IMG/VR virus record: IMGVR_UViG_3300005805_000070
Span: 14,857-78,856 of that record
Strand: one strand, 5' to 3'
Length of the DNA: 64,000 bases
From: a virus
Taxonomy: Duplodnaviria; Caudoviricetes
Position numbers and translations under genes: made by a program. How positions within the stretch are numbered: the stretch's first letter is position 1; every line of letters begins with the position of its first letter. Below, piece after piece: positions 52,686-62,234 of the stretch. Below the pieces are notes generated by a model. That model did not search any database. It was not told the origin of the DNA and saw only the letters and a program-made list of their open reading frames with translations.

Positions 52686-53405
52686 CTATGCGAAAAAAGA
52701 TGTTAATCCCTCCAAAAGAACTTCACTTTCAACTTTTGTTTCTGGATTTTTTACTTTAATTGTATGGGAAAGTTTTGGCATTGTTTCAAAAAACTTCTCA
52801 ACCTGCTTAAACTGATTCGAAGTTAATTGTTCGACAAATTCTACTAACTCTTTTTTAGTATAATCAGATGCTGCCCAGGATTCTTCTTCATTATAAACTT
52901 GCTCTATACAAGAGCAAATTAGATCAAACGTATCATCAACACTAATATCATTTTCATTGGTAAAATTATTTCTAATAAACTCTGCCATTGATGGATATCT
53001 CATCCTAATTGCCAGTGATTCATCAAGTTTAATATCTCTCGAATGATCTTTACCAGTTTGAACTTTAATATCATCTAGGTTAATAGTTAAAGGAACTTGA
53101 GTAACCCCATCATCTGGGCAAGTTACTAGAACATCAACAGTTTCTCCTACAGATTTTCCTCTAATATTAAGAAATAGATATTCAATATCAAAAGTAGAGA
53201 GATCTTCTACTTTAATACCTTTTGTTATAATACAATTTGAGATAACGGTTTTTAATGCCTCTGCTATCTGTGAAGTATCTTCACTTTCCATAGCAATGAT
53301 GAGAATTTTTTCTTCTTTAACTAGAAAAGGGCGATATTTGATTTTTTTCTTTAATGAAGGAATTTCCAACTCATATGTTGGTGTACTAATTGTTGGTAAA
53401 GGCAT
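52686..53405 (-). CDS. gp26: baseplate hub subunit
   Basis: MPLP...YRPFLVKEEKIL, DIEYLFLNIRGKSVGE, QFKQVEKFFETMPKL. Confidence 0.9.
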   Translation of the reverse strand: MPLPTISTPTYELEIPSLKKKIKYRPFLVKEEKILIIAMESEDTSQIAEALKTVISNCIITKGIKVEDLSTFDIEYLFLNIRGKSVGETVDVLVTCPDDGVTQVPLTINLDDIKVQTGKDHSRDIKLDESLAIRMRYPSMAEFIRNNFTNENDISVDDTFDLICSCIEQVYNEEESWAASDYTKKELVEFVEQLTSNQFKQVEKFFETMPKLSHTIKVKNPETKVESEVLLEGLTSFFA

Positions 53406-53430
53406 AATATGCAATGTTGTTCAGTAAATT

Positions 53431-53437
53431 TATTTAG
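53431..53437 (-). promoter_or_regulatory. T4-type late promoter (CTAAATA)
   Basis: 26 nt upstream of the gp26 start. Confidence 0.6.
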
Positions 53438-53451
53438 ACTACCAAATCAAA

Positions 53452-54318
53452 TCAAACTTTTCTTACCCAATCACTTTGAGAGTATGACACTCCCTTGTTA
53501 TTTGTTTGATTATTGTTGTTACTCAGAAGATCTTTTCCAGAAGCTGTAAATTTAATAGATGGATCTACACCGAAAGTATATAACTGTTGCTGTTGCCTGA
53601 TCTTATTTAATTCTTCGGCACTCAATTGTGGATCTTGATTCGGTCTGTATGATGGATCTAAGTTATTATTATTTCCAAGATATTCACTGAATGTTGAAAC
53701 TTTTCCAGCAACATAACGATCATACTGAAATGTTGCAGATGCTCTTAATATCTGAGAAGATTCATAACTTACCTGAATCGAATTCATATTAAGAGGAAAT
53801 AATCCAACGAAGTTATATTCAATATCTTTAATATAATCTCTATCAAATTTTACTATCTTTGTTGCGTTTGATTTATAATATGTTGGATATTGCATTCTAA
53901 AAAAATAATTTGTCACATTAGGAGTGACTGGGGTTTTTTCGTCAGTAATTCCAATTGGATATGACGATCCACTCGCAATAAACTCCATCCAAGATTCTAA
54001 AAATTTAATTGTTTTATAGTTCTTATCTACATAAAATTCTAAAGTAACAGGAGAGAATATTCTAGTATGAGCAAATTTTTCTTGCACTCCCATATAATTT
54101 CCAGTAATATCAGCAGTTGCTAACTGTGTTGTTGGCAACTGAGCAGAATAACAAAGTAATCCAGCTTCTCTAGTAATAAAATTATAATCAACTCCTTTTG
54201 ATTGAAGATATGATATTAATTGTGGTGGAAGTCCATTAAATTGAACCTCAAAGTGAGAACTTTGGGCAAGATTAGTAAAAAGTGGTTTTATATCTGATAT
54301 TCTACGAGGTGAAGGCAC
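53452..54318 (-). CDS. tail-tube-family baseplate protein (gp54/gp19-like)
   Basis: LLCYSAQLP, TLEFYVDKNY, FLESWMEFI, YNFVGLFP; GTG start; divergent from gp4. Confidence 0.65.
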   Translation of the reverse strand: MPSPRRISDIKPLFTNLAQSSHFEVQFNGLPPQLISYLQSKGVDYNFITREAGLLCYSAQLPTTQLATADITGNYMGVQEKFAHTRIFSPVTLEFYVDKNYKTIKFLESWMEFIASGSSYPIGITDEKTPVTPNVTNYFFRMQYPTYYKSNATKIVKFDRDYIKDIEYNFVGLFPLNMNSIQVSYESSQILRASATFQYDRYVAGKVSTFSEYLGNNNNLDPSYRPNQDPQLSAEELNKIRQQQQLYTFGVDPSIKFTASGKDLLSNNNNQTNNKGVSYSQSDWVRKV

Positions 54319-54319
54319 T

Positions 54320-54358
54320 CTAAATACCTATTATGAGAATTTTAGTATAACTATTTAG
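54320..54358. promoter_or_regulatory. divergent pair of late promoters
   Basis: CTAAATA on + (54320-54326) and on - (54352-54358) in the 40-nt gap. Confidence 0.7.
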
Positions 54359-54793
54359 ATGTCATATAAAGGAAAATATAAACCATCTTTTCCAGAAAAG
54401 TATAAAGGCGATCCAACAAATATCATTTACCGTTCTTTATGGGAAAGAAAATTTATGAGATATTGTGATTTGAATCAAACTATTCTTGAGTGGGGAAGTG
54501 AAGAAATTGCTCTACCATATAGATCACCAGTTGATGGTAGGGTTCATAGATACTTTCCAGATTTCTATATTAAAGTAAAAGAAAGTACAGGATCAATTAA
54601 AAAATATCTCATTGAAATAAAACCTAAAAAGCAGACAATTCCACCAACAAAACCAAAGCGACAAACAAAGGGTTATTTGTATGAGGCTTTTGAATATGCA
54701 AAAAATCAAGCAAAGTGGGCAGCTGCAAAAGATTATTGTAAAGATAGGTTGTGGGAATTTAAAGTTCTAACCGAGGACGATTTAGGAGTATGA
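54359..54793 (+). CDS. gp4: head completion protein
   Basis: YKGDPTNIIYRSLWERKFM, WGSEE, HRYFPDF, LIEIKP, NQAKW. Confidence 0.9.
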   Translation: MSYKGKYKPSFPEKYKGDPTNIIYRSLWERKFMRYCDLNQTILEWGSEEIALPYRSPVDGRVHRYFPDFYIKVKESTGSIKKYLIEIKPKKQTIPPTKPKRQTKGYLYEAFEYAKNQAKWAAAKDYCKDRLWEFKVLTEDDLGV

Positions 54794-55137
54794 GTAGAGT
54801 TAAATCAATTTTAGCTTCTATCAATGGTACTGAAGACCCTGATGATGTAATGCTAGAAATTCTAGATGCATTATCAGAAACTACCATTCTTCCTGAAGTA
54901 GGCAAATTTTACACTTTTGTCTATAAACCAAAAACTCCCGACATTCAATTTGACGAATTCCCTTTAGTTGGAGTCACTGATGTTTACAAGTGGGGATTTA
55001 GTGGAATAAATTTTCACTGGGGTAAAAAAAGAAATTATACTTGGGAAGAAGTAGTTGGAAAACTACATTTAGTATATAAATCGGAATTAAAAGATCTTAG
55101 AACTATTCCATATAAGAAAATACGGATAAATAACTAA
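54790..55137 (+). CDS. gp2: DNA end protector-like protein
   Basis: GKFYTFVYKPKT...FDEFPLV...GFSGINFH; follows gp4. Confidence 0.6.
   Translation: MSRVKSILASINGTEDPDDVMLEILDALSETTILPEVGKFYTFVYKPKTPDIQFDEFPLVGVTDVYKWGFSGINFHWGKKRNYTWEEVVGKLHLVYKSELKDLRTIPYKKIRINN
55126..55132 (+). promoter_or_regulatory. T4-type late promoter
   Basis: GGATAAATAACTAAAAA upstream of gp48. Confidence 0.7.
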
Positions 55138-55146
55138 AAAAGATAA

Positions 55147-56121
55147 ATGGCAGTCCCATCATTTAGTTCTAATGCAACTCTCGGGTTTAATCTTGCAAAA
55201 CAGGGAGTTAATTTAGCAAAAAAAGACCCTATATCATTGAGATATCCATTTAGTAAACTCACAGACCGAGACGATTATCTTAAAATTGAAATCATAGAAT
55301 ATAAAGCTCCAGGATTAGAAACTACTGGGGGTGCTAATTCTTTTGCATTAAGAACTAGTGATGAATCCTTATCAGATAGTAAAAAGAATCCAATAGCAAC
55401 TATAATTTTACCGATGCCACAAGGTGTTGGTGATAATAATTCAGTTTCTTGGGGTGAAGATTCTTTAAGTGCTCCCACAGGAGCATTGACTACTGCAGCT
55501 AGTGATATAATTAGTGGATCTGGTATGGGTCAAGCACTGAAAACTGGTAGTAATTTAGTTAGTAAAATTACTTCTGCTGCAACAGATGGTACTGGTCAAC
55601 AAGCTTTATCTGCCGCATTTGCAGGAGCTGCTGTAAATGCTTTACTTGGACAAGGTGCAAATATAAATTCACTGATCGCTAGAACAACAGGTGGAATTAT
55701 AAACCAAAACGTTGAATTACTATTCAATGCAGTTACAATTAGACCAGAATTTAATTTTACCTTTGAATTAGTTCCAAGATTTAAGAGAGAATCTGACGAA
55801 GTTAAAAAGATTATAAGACTCTTTAAACAAGCAATGGCTGCTAAAAGAGGAAGTTCTACAGAAACAGGTGGTGGATTTTTTGTTAAATCGCCAGATGTTT
55901 TTATCGTTCAATATATGAGTGGTGGAAAGGTTCATCCTTTCTTAAATAGATTTAAACCAATGGCATTAACTTCAATGTCAGTCAATTATACTGGATCTGG
56001 ACAGTATTCAACTTATTCAGATGCGACACCAGTTCATATGCAATTAACACTTGCATTTAAAGAACTAACTCCAATTTATGCTGAAGACTATACAGATAGT
56101 GTACCAGGAGTAGGATTCTAA
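55147..56121 (+). CDS. gp48: baseplate tail tube cap
   Basis: LPMP..V.DNN.V.W, NQNVELLFNAVTIR.F.FTF.L.P, MALTSMSVNYT, LAFKELTPIY. Confidence 0.85.
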   Translation: MAVPSFSSNATLGFNLAKQGVNLAKKDPISLRYPFSKLTDRDDYLKIEIIEYKAPGLETTGGANSFALRTSDESLSDSKKNPIATIILPMPQGVGDNNSVSWGEDSLSAPTGALTTAASDIISGSGMGQALKTGSNLVSKITSAATDGTGQQALSAAFAGAAVNALLGQGANINSLIARTTGGIINQNVELLFNAVTIRPEFNFTFELVPRFKRESDEVKKIIRLFKQAMAAKRGSSTETGGGFFVKSPDVFIVQYMSGGKVHPFLNRFKPMALTSMSVNYTGSGQYSTYSDATPVHMQLTLAFKELTPIYAEDYTDSVPGVGF

Positions 56122-56771
56122 TGAGTTACTTCAGAGAATTACCAAATTTAGAATATCAATCACCACTTAAAGATAGGAATGGATCCCTATCATATCTAAT
56201 TGTAAAGAATTTATTCCGTAGAGTAAAACTTCGTGATGATTTACAAAATGTTTTTACTCTTTTTAATAAGTATCAAATTCCTGAAGGTGCTAGACCAGAT
56301 ACAGTTGCGGAAGAACTATATGGAAGTTCCGAATACGATTGGGTGGTTCTTCTTTCTGCTGGAATTGTAAATGTCAGAGATCAATGGCCATTATCTGATA
56401 GAGATATTTACAGATTTGCTGAGAATAAGTATGGAGATACTCTTAATAATATAAAATATTATCAAACAACTCAGGTAAAAGATTCTAGAGGAAGATTAAT
56501 ACTGCCATCTGGAAAAATTGTTGATTCAAACTTTACTATTCCAAATCCAGATTTTCCATATTTGACACTAAATCCAGTTGTGGGTGTTACAAATTATGAG
56601 TATGAAGTATCAAAAAATAATGAAAAAAGGGCAATTTATATTTTAAAACCTATCTATCTACAACAATTTGTTACTGATATTCGCAGAGAACTACTTTATG
56701 ATAAATCATCACAATATATTAACTCAAGATTAATTAGAACAGAAAATACAAGAGTAAGTTCTCCCGAATAA
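56121..56771 (+). CDS. gp53: baseplate wedge subunit
   Basis: MSYFRELPNLEY, RPDTVAEELYG..EYDWVVL, DQWPL. Confidence 0.9.
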   Translation: MSYFRELPNLEYQSPLKDRNGSLSYLIVKNLFRRVKLRDDLQNVFTLFNKYQIPEGARPDTVAEELYGSSEYDWVVLLSAGIVNVRDQWPLSDRDIYRFAENKYGDTLNNIKYYQTTQVKDSRGRLILPSGKIVDSNFTIPNPDFPYLTLNPVVGVTNYEYEVSKNNEKRAIYILKPIYLQQFVTDIRRELLYDKSSQYINSRLIRTENTRVSSPE

Positions 56772-56797
56772 AAAAGGAGGGTTATTAACCCTCCTTT
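56770..56797. terminator. bidirectional intrinsic terminator between convergent gp53 and gp32
   Basis: aaaggagggtt-att-aaccctccttt, 11-bp stem. Confidence 0.85.
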
Positions 56798-56808
56798 ACT
56801 TTATAAGA

Positions 56809-57732
56809 TCACTCTTCTGCCAAACGGGCAAAGTAAGAGAGAGTATCATCATCTTCATCTTCATCAACAGAAGAACGACGAGATGGTTTCAAATTGTTGA
56901 GTTCTTCACGAAGATCACTTTCAAGTTCTTTTACAGAACCACGAGTATTATCTTCTTCTCCAAACTCATCAGGATCTTGAAGTTTGGGAGTTCCTTTCAA
57001 ACCGAGAGTGTAATCAAGACGCTTTCGAAGGTCTTCATAAGTCTTGAACTGATCTGCTGCAACAAACTCTGAGAGAGAATACTGCTTTTTCCAGAGTGCT
57101 TCTAGTTCGTCGTCATCATCAAGAAGAACACCAGCAGCAGCAAATTCACTGGAATCATAGTTACGATAACCAGCAACATTCTTTGCTTTCAGTTTGAAGT
57201 TAGCACCCTGCCAGAAGTCAAAGGCATTAATAGGAGTTTCATCCTCATATTCGGGTTGCATTGCTTCCATGATCTTATCAAAGATCTTTTTACCATACTT
57301 AAAGAGGAAGACTTTACCTTCATTTTCAGGATTTGCAGGATCCTTTACAACGTAGATATTACTAACATAAGTGAGTTTACGCTTTTGCTTCCGCGCAATC
57401 TCTTTATTGGCATCAATTCCAGAATTCCACAGTTGAGAATTGTGCTCACAAATTGGGCATTTCTGATTCACTGAAGTCAGGCAGTTATCAATCAACCAAC
57501 CACCAGGTCCTTGAAATGCGTGACTGTAAACCTTAACGAAAGGAAGATCTTCATTTTCAGGAGCAGGGAGGAAACGGATTACGGCATAACCATTGCCGCT
57601 TTTATCTACATCCAGTTTCCACAGACGGTCATCAGAAGAACCGCTAGTAGTATTCATTTTTTCAACTTCTTTCACCAGTTTCGCGGTGAGAGAACCAAGT
57701 TTAGACTGTTTCTTAAGATCGGCAAATGCCAT
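56809..57732 (-). CDS. gp32: single-stranded DNA-binding protein
   Basis: MAFADLKKQS, GNGYAVIRFLPAP, NCLT...CPICE, FDFWQGANFKLK, acidic tail DDDTLSYFARLAEE; start corrected. Confidence 0.95.
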   Translation of the reverse strand: MAFADLKKQSKLGSLTAKLVKEVEKMNTTSGSSDDRLWKLDVDKSGNGYAVIRFLPAPENEDLPFVKVYSHAFQGPGGWLIDNCLTSVNQKCPICEHNSQLWNSGIDANKEIARKQKRKLTYVSNIYVVKDPANPENEGKVFLFKYGKKIFDKIMEAMQPEYEDETPINAFDFWQGANFKLKAKNVAGYRNYDSSEFAAAGVLLDDDDELEALWKKQYSLSEFVAADQFKTYEDLRKRLDYTLGLKGTPKLQDPDEFGEEDNTRGSVKELESDLREELNNLKPSRRSSVDEDEDDDTLSYFARLAEE

Positions 57733-57759
57733 TTGGATACCTCGGATACGTTGGATACG
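57733..57759 (-). repeat. three 9-nt direct repeats abutting the gp32 start codon
   Basis: CGTATCCAA CGTATCCGA GGTATCCAA ATG. Confidence 0.8.
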
Positions 57760-57785
57760 GGGGATGTACTTGTGTGTACTTGGAT

Positions 57786-57814
57786 AGTATAGCAAAGAAT
57801 CTTGGGTTAGTCAA
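57786..57814 (-). promoter_or_regulatory. sigma70-like promoter for gp32
   Basis: TTGACT-N17-TATACT. Confidence 0.75.
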
Positions 57815-58136
57815 GATTGTTTTTGAGAGTCTCAATTGTTTTGGTCATACTACTAAACAAAATTGACATATCAGTGTCTGGTGGAAACCCCATAATTGCA
57901 ATTGATTTTTTCAAATTTTCTTTGAGTTCGACTGCTTGAGGATCATCAGATAAAGAAAGGCGTGTATACATTACGCGCTGCTTTTCAAGTAATTGAGACA
58001 TTTTTTCAATGTTTTCCACTTTCTCTTCTTTTGTCATATATCCAAAAGTAAGAATTGTCCCATAAAGTTGTTGTTGAAGATTTTGAATTTCCTCCAACTC
58101 TTTCTGAATAATTTCAGAATCAAAAAAACTACTCAT
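57807..58136 (-). CDS. DUF1825-family protein
   Basis: FFDSEIIQKE...LLEKQRVMYTRLSLSDDP; usual position between gp59 and gp32. Confidence 0.75.
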   Translation of the reverse strand: MSSFFDSEIIQKELEEIQNLQQQLYGTILTFGYMTKEEKVENIEKMSQLLEKQRVMYTRLSLSDDPQAVELKENLKKSIAIMGFPPDTDMSILFSSMTKTIETLKNNLD

Positions 58137-58728
58137 GGATTATACTCCTAAGAATTTTTTTGTAATGGAATACATCAATATTTAGAAATGGATTATATTT
58201 TTTTATTTTTAAACTTACGGTTTCCCACACTGGATCTAAAAGTTTTTTATCAAACTCCTTTGAAAAACCAAATATTTTTTCGTAAATTGTGAATGTTTCT
58301 AGCGACAACTTCCCGCTTAGATATTTTTTTAGGAGAACTGGATGTCCCTTGGAACAGTTGAATACATCCTCTAATTCGTTCTCCGAGAACAATTCGTTGC
58401 TTTGCTCTTTGAACAAGTATGTCAAACTCTGTTGGCGCCGCATCCAGTCGGCGTAAGTTCTTTCGCCAGAATTGATAATTTCTCCAATCCATAGGTTTTG
58501 TGGGTTATCGGCGGATACAAAGTTTGATACGAGAAAATCTACTACTTCTTTATTATTATACTTACGACTTGTCTTTTCAAACCAGTATTTATCCTTGCGT
58601 TTATTGAATGATGTTACACTGGCACGGGTTTTTGATCCATATTTAAAAAAATCATATTTTGGGTTTGTAAAATGATTTTTTAATGACAAATAATGTTGGT
58701 AGGTTTCAAACGGGGTCACTTTCAGCAT
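58129..58728 (-). CDS. gp59: helicase loader
   Basis: YLSLKNHFT..KYDFFKY, SFNKRKDKYWFEK, ISLET-like LSLET, KKYNPFL. Confidence 0.9.
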   Translation of the reverse strand: MLKVTPFETYQHYLSLKNHFTNPKYDFFKYGSKTRASVTSFNKRKDKYWFEKTSRKYNNKEVVDFLVSNFVSADNPQNLWIGEIINSGERTYADWMRRQQSLTYLFKEQSNELFSENELEDVFNCSKGHPVLLKKYLSGKLSLETFTIYEKIFGFSKEFDKKLLDPVWETVSLKIKKYNPFLNIDVFHYKKILRSIIHE

Positions 58729-58906
58729 CGACTAACTCAAGATCTTCAATACAATCAACAGTAACTTCGTGTTCGGCAATACGATACCAGTGTTTATCTA
58801 CACCAAGAGTATCTGGATAGAAACCCAGATACTCAATGTCATCACATTTATTTTCACGCAACCATGCTTGAAGGCGATGGTGCATTAAATCATCACGAGA
58901 AATCAT
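58706..58906 (-). CDS. hypothetical phage protein, 66 aa
   Basis: ORF track; between gp33 and gp59. Confidence 0.75.
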   Translation of the reverse strand: MISRDDLMHHRLQAWLRENKCDDIEYLGFYPDTLGVDKHWYRIAEHEVTVDCIEDLELVDAESDPV

Positions 58907-59163
58907 AATGGTAGTTTTGCTTTAGAAGTTCTTTTCATAAAGTTGAGACGAGTTGCATCCCACTTTAATCGCTCTTTCAAAGGTTTCGAAATGAGCTTCG
59001 TTACTGATTCTACCTCAAGACTATTAATTTCACAATAGTGAACTATTGCATCAATGTAGTTAAAATTCTCTTCTGCAACAATCTTTTCGATTTCCAGAGC
59101 AAACTTGGAAGGCGTTAGAAATTTATTTTGTATTACCTGTTCTAATTCTTTATTTGGTTCCAT
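58903..59163 (-). CDS. gp33: late transcription co-activator
   Basis: FALEIEKIV...YIDAIVHYCE...LISKPLKERLK.DA..LNF; start corrected to MEPNKEL. Confidence 0.9.
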   Translation of the reverse strand: MEPNKELEQVIQNKFLTPSKFALEIEKIVAEENFNYIDAIVHYCEINSLEVESVTKLISKPLKERLKWDATRLNFMKRTSKAKLPL

Positions 59164-59830
59164 AGAGTTCCAGTTTATCTCTAACAAACTTTCTAATGTA
59201 TTCCGTGAGAAGTTTGATGTATTTTGATTTGTTTCGTTCTTCATAGACGACGCATTCTCCATTTTCACAAGCCATAATGATTACAAGTTTTTTGACTGAA
59301 ATACCAGTCAGTTCGTACAGCATACAACCATATGCCATACATTGAACAAAATAGTGTTCGATCCACTCTCTTGGTTTAGGTTTTTTAGAAGTCTTAAAGT
59401 CGATTATTGCTAACTCGCCGTCATATTCAGCGATACAGTCAACAGTCCCAGCAATACCTAGTTGCTTACTATATAGGGACCCTTCAAGGGCGTATATATT
59501 ATTTATCTTTTTTAAATCCGCTTTCGCAATCTTAAAAAGAAAATCCGCCATAGGCGCAACTGGCGGTAAATTTTTATTGTAAAGATAATTCTCCACAAGA
59601 GAATGCATGTCCGTGCCGCGAGAAGTAGCCGCTTTAGTAATCTTTTGCGCCGCATCCTCACCAATCTTTTTGCGCCAGTTATCGAAGATTTCACGATTAA
59701 AGTGACTGGTAACTGAAGTAATAGAAACTAATCTTAGAAGTTCTTGTTCATCTGGAATTTTATAATAACGAACACCATCTATAGTTTCTCTCTCAAGTTG
59801 AGGGAGAGTCAAATCAACATGTTTAAACAT
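59150..59830 (-). CDS. PD-(D/E)XK exonuclease
   Basis: SITSV, RGTDMH, AGTVDCIAEYDGELAIIDFKTS, YFVQ..AY. Confidence 0.85.
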   Translation of the reverse strand: MFKHVDLTLPQLERETIDGVRYYKIPDEQELLRLVSITSVTSHFNREIFDNWRKKIGEDAAQKITKAATSRGTDMHSLVENYLYNKNLPPVAPMADFLFKIAKADLKKINNIYALEGSLYSKQLGIAGTVDCIAEYDGELAIIDFKTSKKPKPREWIEHYFVQCMAYGCMLYELTGISVKKLVIIMACENGECVVYEERNKSKYIKLLTEYIRKFVRDKLELYGTK

Positions 59831-60588
59831 TACATACCTGCTTCCATTTTTGCAATAATATATTCTTTAACAATACCAGAACGAACAATATCATTAACGT
59901 CAAATTCAATAACATCAAAAGATGGCATTGATCTAACAATCTTCATAAAATCAATAATTCCATTTTTGTCATTGGTTTTTTGCAAATCTGATTGAGTTGC
60001 ATCACCACAGAACATTATTTTAGAATTTTCACCTACACGTGTAATTATACTATCCAACTCATGAAATGTCAAATTTTGAAATTCATCTACTATGATAATA
60101 GAATTATCTAGTGTTGTTCCTCTAATGAAAGAAGTTGACCAAAATTTGATAGTTTCTTGTGCCTTAAGATTCCCATACAGCATTTCAAAATCTGCATCAG
60201 ATGGCATTTGAAACATATACTTCACCATATTCTTATACGGAATTTGATATAGTGAAGATTTATCTTCATGATCTCCTGGAAGAAACCCAATCTCTCTAGT
60301 TGCTACTAATGAACGAACTATGTAAATTTGATCGTATGGAGTTCTTTCATCCAAAACATCGCAAATTGAGTTGTAAAGAGTAATAAAAGTTTTACCTGTT
60401 CCAGCACAACCATAAGCAATCAAATGTTTTCCAGATTCATATGAATCAAAAAGTCTTTTCTGATTATCTGTAAGTGGTTCAATATCCACAAGATAATCAG
60501 AGCTTAAAGGCTTTCTTCTTTTCATCTGTTTTGCGGTCATCCCGACACCAATTGGTTGGTCAACAGATCCTCTTTTTCTTCGTGCCAT
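59830..60588 (-). CDS. phoH: PhoH-family ATPase
   Basis: GCAGTGKT, RSLVATREIGFLPG, RGTTLD, DEFQN, GDATQSD, RSGIVKEY. Confidence 0.95.
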   Translation of the reverse strand: MARRKRGSVDQPIGVGMTAKQMKRRKPLSSDYLVDIEPLTDNQKRLFDSYESGKHLIAYGCAGTGKTFITLYNSICDVLDERTPYDQIYIVRSLVATREIGFLPGDHEDKSSLYQIPYKNMVKYMFQMPSDADFEMLYGNLKAQETIKFWSTSFIRGTTLDNSIIIVDEFQNLTFHELDSIITRVGENSKIMFCGDATQSDLQKTNDKNGIIDFMKIVRSMPSFDVIEFDVNDIVRSGIVKEYIIAKMEAGM

Positions 60589-60594
60589 AAGATG

Positions 60595-60837
60595 TTAGAT
60601 TTTTTTTACTTTTGATCCTGGCATTTTAGATGCACGTCCAAGCACATCATTCCACCCAGGATTTTTTTGGATAAGTTTATTCTGCCAATCACCGACTTCG
60701 CCTGGTGTTGCACAGCCTTCAGACCAATCCCTTTTCCACTCAGGATTGTCTTTATACCACTGCATAATATCGTTGACGCTCATTTCAACGACTTTCTTTT
60801 CACCTGTTTCTACATGAACAATTGGATAAATCGCCAT
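60595..60837 (-). CDS. hypothetical phage protein, 80 aa
   Basis: ORF track; between thyX and phoH; CTAAATA at 60860-60866 upstream. Confidence 0.75.
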   Translation of the reverse strand: MAIYPIVHVETGEKKVVEMSVNDIMQWYKDNPEWKRDWSEGCATPGEVGDWQNKLIQKNPGWNDVLGRASKMPGSKVKKI

Positions 60838-60862
60838 AAATTATCAATTCAAGATATATTAT

Positions 60863-61498
60863 TTAGACCCATTCAAGAGCTTCTGCAACTGATGGAAACT
60901 GTTGCTTGAACACTTCTTTGCAAGCAAGTGCAATATCCATATGCTCTTTTTGAGTTCCGTTTGCAGATCGCAGATTAATATAATGAATCCAGGAACGACA
61001 GGATCCTGTCATATAAATTCGAGTCGGAGTTGCTAAGGGCAGCACAAAGCGAGCGCACTCCTTTGCAATACCCTCATCAAGCATAGTTTGGTACAATGCC
61101 ATAGCGTCCCTAAAGTGATCTTGGATGATCATTTCATACTTCTTAATCACAAAAGGATCAATATCATCAATTGAGTTCTGGCGATTTTTAGTATCTTGAC
61201 GACGCAGTTCTGGAACTGGAATCTTTTCTGCAAGCAAAGAAGAATCTGCATAACGTTGAGAAAACTCTTGGAACGTAAAACTACGATGGCGAAGAATTTG
61301 TGCCGCGATACCACGAGTAGTCTCAATCTCTAGAGTCATAGTAGATTGCTCAAACACAGACCAATGATTATGCTTAATACAATAAGCAAGCAACTTGGAA
61401 TAGTTTTCGTTGTCTTGATTCGCAGGATTGCTAACTCGTGCAATAAACGCCATTGTTTTTTCTGCATCGGGAGTTACCGAAATAAGTTTTACTGTCAT
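60863..61498 (-). CDS. thyX: FAD-dependent thymidylate synthase
   Basis: HWSVFEQ, RHRSFTFQEFSQRY, ECARFVLP, SWIHYINLR. Confidence 0.95.
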   Translation of the reverse strand: MTVKLISVTPDAEKTMAFIARVSNPANQDNENYSKLLAYCIKHNHWSVFEQSTMTLEIETTRGIAAQILRHRSFTFQEFSQRYADSSLLAEKIPVPELRRQDTKNRQNSIDDIDPFVIKKYEMIIQDHFRDAMALYQTMLDEGIAKECARFVLPLATPTRIYMTGSCRSWIHYINLRSANGTQKEHMDIALACKEVFKQQFPSVAEALEWV

Positions 61499-61656
61499 TT
61501 TTTTCCAAATCCTTTGTAACTTTTTGCTTCAACTTCTTTATAATGATCCTCAACAATTTTCAATTGTTGTTTCATGTATTTTAATTCTTCATCAGTATAA
61601 AGGTAATCCTCTTTGATCGCCTTTTTTAAAATGTTAATCGCTCGTTTTCCTCTCAT
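61495..61656 (-). CDS. hypothetical phage protein, 53 aa
   Basis: Manual translation MRGKRAINILKKAIKEDYLYTDEELKYMKQQL...KGFGKK; ATGA overlap with thyX. Confidence 0.7.
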   Translation of the reverse strand: MRGKRAINILKKAIKEDYLYTDEELKYMKQQLKIVEDHYKEVEAKSYKGFGKK

Positions 61657-61658
61657 AA

Positions 61659-62234
61659 TTACTCAATCCAATCTTTAAAAATTTTAAGAGACTCATCCCA
61701 GGTAATTATACCACTATCTGTTTCAGTTGTGTGAGGCATGAAACAAAGTGTCCATCTACCTTGATCTGTTGGATTATATGTTCCGTGAAGAACTCCAACA
61801 TTAACTAAACTCGGTTTGTTAGTATTTGCCTCATACAAAAAAGTACAATCTTCTTCATTAGCCCAAAGATTGTCGTGATGATCTGATGTATATCCTGGAA
61901 GTTGTCCTTTAATTTGTCTTCTCTGAACTATATCAGACTTCCACCACTGAATAACTCCTTCTTCTGGTCCCCAACTTGTGTTTATCTTAATGTGATCACT
62001 ATACTCACCAAAGTCAGTATGAATTGGAATTTTTCCGAAAGGTGGAGTATAGAAAACATCTACTCTACCACAAAACATTCCATATCCCAAAGATCTAAAC
62101 CATTCATCTACTTCTGGATAATCTGCATCGTGTAAAAATTGATGATATGGAGTATCACCACAAGTTTCAAACATTTCTAGTTTTTTAACTTCAAATGGTA
62201 ATTTCAAATATCTATGAAATCTATTTTCCATCAT
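61659..62234 (-). CDS. putative 2OG/cupin-type oxygenase
   Basis: IPIHTD, LVNVGVLHG, RWTLCF. Confidence 0.6.
   Translation of the reverse strand: MMENRFHRYLKLPFEVKKLEMFETCGDTPYHQFLHDADYPEVDEWFRSLGYGMFCGRVDVFYTPPFGKIPIHTDFGEYSDHIKINTSWGPEEGVIQWWKSDIVQRRQIKGQLPGYTSDHHDNLWANEEDCTFLYEANTNKPSLVNVGVLHGTYNPTDQGRWTLCFMPHTTETDSGIITWDESLKIFKDWIE

Noticed and set aside
57733-57795. 21-aa N-terminal extension of gp32
   Set aside because: Spans the promoter and leader; the family starts at MAFADLKKQS.
59164-59268. N-terminal extension of gp33
   Set aside because: Overlaps the exonuclease C-terminus; MEPNKEL gives a normal gp33 length.
59150-59830. Cas4 or CRISPR link for the PD-(D/E)XK nuclease
   Set aside because: No four-Cys Fe-S motif or array; this is the usual exonuclease between phoH and gp33.
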